A stretch of 64,000 nt of DNA from a virus. The translations under genes and the position numbers were made by a program. Shown here piece after piece: positions 7,830 to 14,816 of the stretch (positions are counted from its first letter, which is position 1; each line of letters opens with the position of its first letter). The notes beneath the pieces are model-generated. The model made no database searches, had not been told where the DNA came from, and worked only from the letters and a program-made list of their open reading frames with translations. The stretch lies in the IMG/VR virus record IMGVR_UViG_3300046047_000262; one strand, given 5' to 3'.

Positions 7830-7884
7830 TGGAATTATGGGAATCGAACCCATGACCATGCTGTTAGCAGGGCACCATGTTTCC
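7830..7884 (-). ncRNA. 55-nt D-armless mini-tRNA containing CTGCTAA
   Basis: GGAA/TTCC-A ends, ATGGG TTCGATT CCCAT T arm, single central arm. Confidence 0.45.
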
Positions 7885-7905
7885 TGTCAACAAGTGTTGA
7901 CAAAG

Positions 7906-7976
7906 TACGCCCACCAGGAATCGAACCCAAGTCAAGAGGTTTGGAAGCTCTTGTGTTACCACTACACCATAGGCGT
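7906..7976 (-). tRNA. tRNA-Trp(CCA), A73
   Basis: Loop TT-CCA-AA with C31:C39 mismatch. Confidence 0.8.
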
Positions 7977-8039
7977 ATGTTGACGTTCCCTATGTGTGGT
8001 CGCGTCATGATGATGTATAAGCAAGATCGTTGCTTATCG

Positions 8040-8120
8040 TGGTGCATGGGGGACTCGAACCCTCGAACCCTGTGGGAGCTGGTTTACAGCCAGCCGCAAT
8101 TGCCGCTATGCGAATGCACC
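8040..8120 (-). tRNA. tRNA-Tyr(GTA)
   Basis: G1:C72, loop CT-GTA-AA, V-arm, A73. Confidence 0.92.
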
Positions 8121-8148
8121 ATAAAGGTGGGTCAATGCGTTATACTCG

Positions 8149-8215
8149 CGTACATTGGGGAATCGAACCCCGCTGTTTGAAGAGTTTCACTTCACTTTGA
8201 TCCGGACACCAGTCC
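8149..8215 (-). pseudogene. tRNA-like remnant
   Basis: T arm GGGG TTCGATT CCCC, TGAAG/CTTCA arm, GGAC-TGGT-GTCC D-like arm; no pairing acceptor found. Confidence 0.35.
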
Positions 8216-8240
8216 AAAACCGAGCTGCAGATCGGTTTCG

Positions 8241-8312
8241 TGCCTCAGGAGAATTATGATATCTCGACCCTCTGTTTAAGAGACAGATGCTCTTCCTCTG
8301 AGCTACTAAGGC
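8241..8312 (-). tRNA. tRNA-Lys(CTT) with ATCATAA T loop
   Basis: Loop CT-CTT-AA; T arm GAGAT-ATCATAA-TTCTC. Confidence 0.85.
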
Positions 8313-8313
8313 G

Positions 8314-8385
8314 TACGGGTAGATAGAATTGAACTATCCTTTCTTCTGTATCAGAGAAGTGTTCTAACCGATGAACTATACCCGT
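8314..8385 (-). tRNA. tRNA-Ile(GAT)
   Basis: Loop CT-GAT-AC, A73. Confidence 0.88.
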
Positions 8386-8494
8386 AAACGAACGGCTCCC
8401 TCTCAAAGTCATTGCTCCTCGTTTTAGAACAAACATTATGAGGGGGTTACCGGGCAGACTGTCTCTCGACTAAAGCTGGTTGCCAACAACTCAG

Positions 8495-8577
8495 TGCCCT
8501 TACTCGGACTCGAACCGAGACTCCTTACGGAAGCCGATTTTAAGTCGGCCGTGTCTACCAATTCCAACCATAAGGGC
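8495..8577 (-). tRNA. tRNA-Leu(TAA)
   Basis: Loop CT-TAA-AA, V-arm. Confidence 0.93.
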
Positions 8578-8582
8578 ATTCG

Positions 8583-8712
8583 GAGTACGTATCGGAATTG
8601 AACCGGTATACGTGGTGCGCTTAACCAATACCCACGAATATGAATATCTTCATATCACGTAGGCGCTGGAATTGGACCAGATCATCACGCACCACGCCAG
8701 ACCACTCGTACC
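8583..8712 (-). ncRNA. Double-elbow tRNA-mimic RNA
   Basis: Open acceptor plus T arm joined by a perfect 9-bp helix to a second T arm plus loop-closed acceptor. Confidence 0.6.
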
Positions 8713-8794
8713 TTCCTACCAGATTCGGTAAGACTTGGAAAGATGCATCATTCCAAGCATTATGAGACATTATACTAGTATTTCTCATAACCTG

Positions 8795-8876
8795 TGCCTC
8801 TACTCGGACTCGAACCGAGACTCCTCACGGAAACTGATTTTAAGTCAGTCGTGTCTACCAATTCCACCATAAAGGC
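8795..8876 (-). tRNA. tRNA-Leu(TAA), second copy
   Basis: Loop CT-TAA-AA; paralog of 8495 and 6748. Confidence 0.93.
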
Positions 8877-8990
8877 ATAATGTGAGCATCGCACTCACAA
8901 GGTTGCTATAGCGTTCGGCTCATTAGTGGTCACAACTAACCATGATAGTACTTAAACTATGCTGCTAACTCAAAGCCTACTGATACTGCG

Positions 8991-9062
8991 TGCCCCCGGA
9001 GAATTACGATATCTCGACACGCGGATTAAAAGTCCGCTGCTCTTCCTCTGAGCTACAAGGGC
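8991..9062 (-). tRNA. tRNA-Lys(TTT) with ATCGTAA T loop
   Basis: Loop CT-TTT-AA; T arm GAGAT-ATCGTAA-TTCTC. Confidence 0.85.
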
Positions 9063-9152
9063 ATGATGTTGACGATTGTACACTTGCCAACAGGTTTGCG
9101 TGATATATTCGCTTATCGCGGGTAGACGCATCTACCTGATAACCATGAGAAC

Positions 9153-9266
9153 AAGATGTACGAGGAATCGAACCTCGGTCGCCGACCCTGGCAATGAAGG
9201 AGTCGAACCTTCCACAGGATGGGTCTAACATCCTGTCTGACCTACCATAACAGTCAGCATACATCT
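9153..9266 (-). ncRNA. 114-nt tRNA-like RNA with two T arms (nominal anticodon AGA)
   Basis: AGATGTA/TACATCT acceptor; 5-bp D stem; 8-bp anticodon stem; two GG-TTCGA-NT-CC arms. Confidence 0.65.
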
Positions 9267-9290
9267 CAACATTGTTCTCACATGTCATCG

Positions 9291-9379
9291 CTGGTCTAGC
9301 AGGAATCGAACCTGCGATACCCTTTTACGGGATTCTGACGCATTAACAGTGCGTTGGCATGCCGCTTGCCGATAGACCA
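9291..9379 (-). tRNA. tRNA-Asn(GTT) with long V-arm
   Basis: U1:A72, G73, loop CT-GTT-AA; about 20-nt variable region with CCC-GTAAAA-GGG. Confidence 0.85.
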
Positions 9380-9695
9380 ATAAGTACGGGATCTTACCGT
9401 TCCTCAATGATACTCTTCTCAATACCATTAACCATGTATACCTGCGATAATAGGAGTTAATCACTGTAAGCATTTGATGCTTCGGATATGTTCCATAGTG
9501 TATGCGATGTGTCCTACGCGAGATGCAGCATAGATGCACGGTTCACATAGATTATCGGACAAGCCATACTCCGTTAATCGTATTGATGAGATATGACAAG
9601 GTGGTCACAGGGCACCTACACCTCGTCATTGCACGCGGTTATCAATGATAACCATGTAAGCCATTGGTGTCCCTTAGCTTACATTATGCGTACCG

Positions 9696-9766
9696 TGCTC
9701 CCACGGGGAATCGAACCCCGATTTACTGATTAAGAGTCAGCAGTTCTACCGTTGAACTATAGAAGC
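9696..9766 (-). tRNA. tRNA-Lys(CTT)
   Basis: Loop CT-CTT-AA, canonical T loop. Confidence 0.92.
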
Positions 9767-9966
9767 AAAAACCCGTATGACCCTTTGAGGGTAACTCACT
9801 CTCAAACTAGAATGGGTCATACGGGAAAATCACCAAACAAAGGAGAAGGATCGAACCTTTCCTAGCAAAAACCGTATGACCGTTTGAGGACAACTCGCTC
9901 TCAAACTGGAAATGGGTCATATGGTAAATAATACGCTAACAAAGGAGTACTGTGCCTTGCCCTAGC
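9767..9966. repeat. Two tandem 100-nt structured repeats (candidate sRNAs)
   Basis: Units 9767-9866 and 9867-9966 share the CCGTATGACC...TTTGAG..CTCAAA...GGTCATA hairpin, AACAAAGGAG and CCTAGC. Confidence 0.85.
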
Positions 9967-10008
9967 ATACCAAACCGCATATGCTTCTGCCGTATTGCTA
10001 CGACATAG

Positions 10009-10079
10009 CTCCCCGAGAAAGAATCGAACTTTCATTAAATGATTAACAGTCATCCGTTCTGCCCTTGAACTACCGGGGA
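10009..10079 (-). tRNA. tRNA-Asn(GTT)
   Basis: TCCCCGG acceptor, G73, loop CT-GTT-AA. Confidence 0.92.
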
Positions 10080-10087
10080 ATAAAGAT

Positions 10088-10566
10088 GCCGGTGATAACG
10101 CTCACCGGCGGGCGGCATGGTTGATACCTTGATGAGATCATGCTGTTCTCATCATTGGTCAGGATCATTCGTCCTGATTGGTCAGCTCTCATGCCATCAT
10201 GATGACTGGTATGATTGCGTATGTGATTCATCTGAAGAAACTTTTTTAATGACTACGGGCCGTCAGTGTTTCATGAATGACGTTGGTGTCCCGCTCATGG
10301 GTTATCATCGCGTGCTCGGAATACAATGTAATCCTCGTCAGGTGTTGCCACCATCGGTTGTAAGGGCGATGTCTTCCCCATGCTCGATCCTGTGTTCAGG
10401 CGCTCCGTCACGTGCTCACATGGTGACCAAACACGATAATTCTTTAACATTCCGGTATCGTGACCGTCGCATACATCTCCCGCAGTAATGAACTGCCATC
10501 CTCGTTAAGTTATGTGACCATCCTATCGTGACTTGCCTTGGTTGTCAACCTCGGCGTGTCGCGATG
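10088..10566. ncRNA. Candidate large structured RNA(s)
   Basis: About 480 nt with no credible ORF, packed with nested hairpins. Confidence 0.4.
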
Positions 10567-10582
10567 ACCTCGATGATCATCG

Positions 10583-10656
10583 TCGGCTATGTCAGATTCG
10601 AACTGACGGTCTCCTGCTCCCAAAGCAGGCGGATTACCAAGCTTTCCTAATAGCCG
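10583..10656 (-). tRNA. tRNA-Pro(TGG)
   Basis: CGG start, loop TT-TGG-GA, A73. Confidence 0.92.
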
Positions 10657-10732
10657 TTATCTTTTCAATTTTTGTTTCCGATGAACCAGTGTATCATAAT
10701 CTTTCGATTACGCAACATCGGCGTGTCGGTCG

Positions 10733-10804
10733 TCGGAATGGACTGGTTCGAACAGTCGTTCTCCTGCACCCGAAGCAGGCGGATTACCACTTTCCTACAT
10801 CCCG
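10733..10804 (-). tRNA. tRNA-Pro(CGG)
   Basis: CGG start, loop TT-CGG-GT, A73. Confidence 0.92.
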
Positions 10805-10824
10805 TTACATTCTTCAATTATACA

Positions 10825-10859
10825 CTGAGCCCCGAATCCTTTAAGGGTCCGGGGCTCAG
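10825..10859 (-). terminator. Strong GC hairpin ahead of the first tRNA (terminator or attenuator)
   Basis: CTGAGCCCCG...CGGGGCTCAG inverted repeat. Confidence 0.55.
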
Positions 10860-10881
10860 AACATCTGATGTGTAATCACAC

Positions 10882-11028
10882 TTACACGATAAGCCCCACT
10901 CTCATGGGATAACCGAAATCTTGAATTGTATTATTCTGCAAGGACCATGACACTGGTTTCAGACATGGGAGCATGGCTGAACGCTTAATGTCATTACGAT
11001 GTATCATACTTGATTGTAACGATCTCAT
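10882..11028 (-). CDS. 48-aa leader ORF (MRSLQSS...MRVGLIV)
   Basis: GGAAGGAG Shine-Dalgarno 6 nt before ATG, directly downstream of a consensus promoter; below the ORF-track cutoff. Confidence 0.55.
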   Translation of the reverse strand: MRSLQSSMIHRNDIKRSAMLPCLKPVSWSLQNNTIQDFGYPMRVGLIV

Positions 11029-11066
11029 AGCCAACTCCTTCCTTCATGTCCACTTGCCTGATACTT

Positions 11067-11095
11067 ATTGTACCACACAATATCAACGTTTGCAA
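11067..11095 (-). promoter_or_regulatory. Array promoter P2
   Basis: TTGCAA-17 nt-TACAAT with extended TGTGG. Confidence 0.8.
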
Positions 11096-11147
11096 AACAA
11101 TCTAACAAATTCTTTTTTTCAACTCGTACTGATGAGCTTGTAATATC

Positions 11148-11175
11148 ACTATACCACATAATATCAGTATGTCAA
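11148..11175 (-). promoter_or_regulatory. Array promoter P1
   Basis: TTGACA-16 nt-TATAGT with extended TGTGG; sequence paralogous to P2. Confidence 0.8.
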
Positions 11176-11244
11176 AACAATATCACCATTATTTTTCGAT
11201 TATTCTGATAACACCCGATAACCATTGGTATACCAGCGTTCCCA

Positions 11245-12366
11245 TCATCTCTGTAACATGACTATGGTCTTCAATACCGCGAGTTCAAGGAACGGTTTGC
11301 CATCAGGTGCCCACACCATGTTCTGCATCGCCTCACCAAGGAACCCGAATGCTCTGACCAGTTTCTCATTACCCGTGTCCTGAGCGATCTTCCTGTGGTT
11401 CTTGAATAACAGCATATCATTCTCGCTTTCCTCATTATTCGCAAGGAACAGCATGCTCCTGGTATCGTTGAGCAGATTCTGAATGAGCGTCTTGGGATCA
11501 TCCCCGTCCACAATGGCATCATTGATGACCTTGAATGCGTTGATGACATCACGCTGCTCATATACCGCCCTGGTCAGATCGATACTATGATTGACTGGGA
11601 TCTCACCAGTGGACAGGATGCGTTCCAATGTGGACAATGTTTCCCTTACGGAACCACCGCTTGAACTGACACCACCGGCTTTGATGACTTGTAGTATCTG
11701 GTTCTTCGATATCCTGTGATCCTTTACCAGATCGGTCGCATCCTCTTTGGATATGCCGTACCCTTCGGATTTGCATACATTCATACACAGGTTACCAAGA
11801 TCCTTGACCGATACCAGATGGAACGCCCTGTTCTGGATTCTTGATGTCAATGTCGTCGGCATGGCGTTGACATTCGTGGTACACATGATGAACAACGAGT
11901 TCACATGCTCATCCTCCAACGGTATCAGTAATGAATCGTAAGCGATCTTCGATAGGTTATGCACCTCATCGAGAATCCATACTGGTCTATTGACGCCATC
12001 GGCGGCTCGTCGTGACTGATCGACGATTCTACGGACATCCTCCACTGAACCGTTATTCGCCATGGATAGGTAATGGACACCAAGATTGGTTCCATCATCG
12101 ATACTGGTGCATACATCACATACGTTACATGGTTCACCATCATCGGTGAGATGTTGACAGTTCACTGCTTTCGACATGATCTTCGCCACACTGGTCTTAC
12201 CCGTTCCACGGGGTCCTGCGAAGATGTACGCATCCGCAAGCCTGTGATTGATCACGGCGTTCCTGAGATCATTGACGACAGCATCCTGTCCTATGACTTG
12301 GCTCCATGTCCGAGGACGATACTTCTTGTATAGTTCGATATGTTTAGTGTTATCATTTGTGGTCAT
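11245..12366 (-). CDS. dnaX: DNA polymerase III clamp loader gamma/tau-like (short form)
   Basis: LYKKYRP, GPRGTGKT, Zn module C..PCNVCDVC, ILDEVH. Confidence 0.93.
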   Translation of the reverse strand: MTTNDNTKHIELYKKYRPRTWSQVIGQDAVVNDLRNAVINHRLADAYIFAGPRGTGKTSVAKIMSKAVNCQHLTDDGEPCNVCDVCTSIDDGTNLGVHYLSMANNGSVEDVRRIVDQSRRAADGVNRPVWILDEVHNLSKIAYDSLLIPLEDEHVNSLFIMCTTNVNAMPTTLTSRIQNRAFHLVSVKDLGNLCMNVCKSEGYGISKEDATDLVKDHRISKNQILQVIKAGGVSSSGGSVRETLSTLERILSTGEIPVNHSIDLTRAVYEQRDVINAFKVINDAIVDGDDPKTLIQNLLNDTRSMLFLANNEESENDMLLFKNHRKIAQDTGNEKLVRAFGFLGEAMQNMVWAPDGKPFLELAVLKTIVMLQR

Positions 12367-12488
12367 ACCATCATGATACCCGTATTCCTACGATCCGCGA
12401 GATAAGCGGTAATATCGATTATCAGCACTGTTATGGTCGTTTGCGTACAGTCACCCATAACCAGTGTTTTCTCACGACTTTTTATTGA

Positions 12489-12532
12489 ACTATGTACAGA
12501 ATGAATGTATATACTAGCATTCTGTACATAGT
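12489..12532. repeat. Conserved palindromic element, copy 1
   Basis: TACAGAA-N5-GTATATACTA-N3-TTCTGTA; also at 61843-61888. Confidence 0.75.
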
Positions 12533-12549
12533 CGATTCTCAGCGTGGGT

Positions 12550-14739
12550 TCATAATGTCATCATGTTGAAATCATCGGGTGAGATCACGGGTACTCCGAG
12601 TTTCAGTGCTTTCTTGATCTTCGATGAGGATGATGACGGGTCACCGATCATGTAATCGGTATCCTTATTCGGTGCGGATTGGGCGATCCCACCCATGGAT
12701 TCGATGTGCTCCTGCCATGTTGTTCTATTAGCATACCCTTCAGGAACACTCCCTGATATGGAGAACCTCTTACCAGTGATCGCATTATCCTGCGTACTGG
12801 GTTCCTCGGCTTCCGCATCATCGTTCTCATCATGGTCATCCATGCGTAATCCAGTATCCTTGAGCCTGTCGATGAGTGTCTTATGCGAATCCAAGCCCAC
12901 GATGATGTTATGTGCACGGATGGGGCCGATGCCATCTATTGATGACAGTTCGTCCTCACTGGTTCCAGCTATCTCATCTATACTATGGTAATGCTTGGCG
13001 AGTAGACGAGATGTCCTCAATCCTAGATCCTTGATCGCTAACGCCGCCATGACCTTATAATACGGAAGTTCCTTGCTTGCATTGATGTATCCGATGATAT
13101 GACGAGCATTCTGCACACCTATATGCCGCTCGGTGCCCTTATCGGTTGTTCCCAGCGATGTGTTAGCTAGGTCTTGTTCAGTGAGATCATAGAAATCAGC
13201 GATATCATTGACTTTACCTGAAGCATGTAACGCATCAAGGTACTTAATGGACATACCATCGAAGTTCAGGAGCTTCTTACTGACCGCAGCTCTGAGAACA
13301 TAAGCGTTCTTACTTGGGCAATCAGGATTATTACAATACGTGAGTTTATCACCCGCATCGAGCTTACTACCGCATGATGGGCAAACCGTTGGCGGCGTAA
13401 TCCTTGGTGATTGATCGTCAGAATACACGATTCCCTTGAAATACGGGATGACATCATTAGCCTTCTCCACGATGGCTATGGACCCGATCCTGATATCATA
13501 CGCATTCATAGTACCCGTATTATGAAGTGTTGCATTACTATTGATGCTTCCACCGAATTCAGTGGGTTCATAATTCAGTACCGGCGTGATCCGCCCTGTT
13601 TTACCTACCGTCCATTCCACTCCTGTTATTTTCACGCGAGCCTTGGCTCCAGGGTACTTGAATGCTATCTGTGATAACGGGTGCTCATTGTTAGAACCGA
13701 GTTTCTCATCCATCTCTCGTTCGTTCACAGGTTTGATGACGATACCGTCAGTAGGGATATCAAGCAATGGCCGTACTGGTCCGAACATATCCACGATGCT
13801 CATGGTTTTGTCAATAAGATCATCACCTTCCACGGTAAGTGATGATGGGCAAGGATCGTTAGTGGCGTTCCATTCACGGGTAGTTGCATCAGTGATCGTA
13901 TCTATTCCCGCTTCATGAAGCTGGGCTTCAGTGGCATCGCCGACGATCTTATACAGGATGAATGATAACCGTGCGTTGTACCCGAGTCCTTTCGCGGCTT
14001 TCCTGATGATGCCGGCGTTCGCGTTCCTGTAATTGGAGAATCGAGAGCCTGTTGCCTTCATCCTGTTATCATCGGCATCCCTGTAGTCAGATGGTCTAAG
14101 GAACAGTTCACCGCGTACTTCCACGCTTATGGGATGGCTAAGGTGCCCTGGCAGTCCTTGGATCGTGATTTCGTTTGAACTGATCAGATATGATACATCC
14201 TCACCATCAGTACCGTTACCACGTGTGGACATGGATGACAGGATGCCATCATGGTATACCGCCGAGCACGCGATACCGTCAAGTTTGGCTTGGAGTTTGA
14301 ATCCTGTAGCACCCGCTTTGACCATTCTGTTCAAGTAGTTCTCCACGGCATCGCGTGTTTTGGCTTTTTCCAATGACAACATGGGTACATCATGATGAAC
14401 ATGTTGTACTGTCGGTGTCACTGTGGTACCTGCTGCGACCGCGCCTTCAAGCAGATCGTGGAGTTCAGGATCATTGATCGCATACCGTTTGCTCAAGGTT
14501 CTCAGGTACTCTATGCTTTCATCGTATTCCTCATCGGTCATTCCTGAATCACCGAGTTCCTGGTAGTACGCTTTAGCAGCGGTCATGAGTGATGATTTCA
14601 GTGTATTGATGGTGTCCAGATCATCATGGTAATGAGCTATCATATCCTGTTCGTCACCATGAGGGTAATCTCGGTATTCGCAATCCTCGGGTGTTGCCGC
14701 GTAACATGATGCTACACCTTGAGGTGTGATATGGAACAT
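12550..14739 (-). CDS. ligA: NAD-dependent DNA ligase with N-terminal Cys/His tag
   Basis: KLDG, TRGNGTDGEDV, EVRGE, C4 Zn finger, HhH, BRCT. Confidence 0.95.
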   Translation of the reverse strand: MFHITPQGVASCYAATPEDCEYRDYPHGDEQDMIAHYHDDLDTINTLKSSLMTAAKAYYQELGDSGMTDEEYDESIEYLRTLSKRYAINDPELHDLLEGAVAAGTTVTPTVQHVHHDVPMLSLEKAKTRDAVENYLNRMVKAGATGFKLQAKLDGIACSAVYHDGILSSMSTRGNGTDGEDVSYLISSNEITIQGLPGHLSHPISVEVRGELFLRPSDYRDADDNRMKATGSRFSNYRNANAGIIRKAAKGLGYNARLSFILYKIVGDATEAQLHEAGIDTITDATTREWNATNDPCPSSLTVEGDDLIDKTMSIVDMFGPVRPLLDIPTDGIVIKPVNEREMDEKLGSNNEHPLSQIAFKYPGAKARVKITGVEWTVGKTGRITPVLNYEPTEFGGSINSNATLHNTGTMNAYDIRIGSIAIVEKANDVIPYFKGIVYSDDQSPRITPPTVCPSCGSKLDAGDKLTYCNNPDCPSKNAYVLRAAVSKKLLNFDGMSIKYLDALHASGKVNDIADFYDLTEQDLANTSLGTTDKGTERHIGVQNARHIIGYINASKELPYYKVMAALAIKDLGLRTSRLLAKHYHSIDEIAGTSEDELSSIDGIGPIRAHNIIVGLDSHKTLIDRLKDTGLRMDDHDENDDAEAEEPSTQDNAITGKRFSISGSVPEGYANRTTWQEHIESMGGIAQSAPNKDTDYMIGDPSSSSSKIKKALKLGVPVISPDDFNMMTL

Positions 14740-14816
14740 TATTGATCTTCTTCTTTCCTGTTTTCAGATTACCCTGTCAATGGTACCTGATTAGTTTCAA
14801 TCAATATTGTATCATA

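Noticed and set aside
1205-8876. Stop-codon suppressors or genetic-code reassignment suggested by TGA, TAG and TAA triplets
   Set aside because: These are anticodons for Ser (TCA) and Leu (CTA, TTA). No clear CTA, TTA or TCA anticodon was found, and protein genes end normally in TAA, TAG and TGA.
9767-9966. CRISPR array
   Set aside because: Only two degenerate 100-nt units, no repeat-spacer pattern and no cas genes.
10088-10566. RNase P RNA, or the 123-aa + strand ORF
   Set aside because: No GAGGAAAGTCC/P4 signature; the ORF has no SD and an implausible composition.
130-10875. About 35 short ORFs in the ORF track across the tRNA array
   Set aside because: They overlap tRNA genes on either strand and translate tRNA motifs (GSNP, GFEP); spurious.
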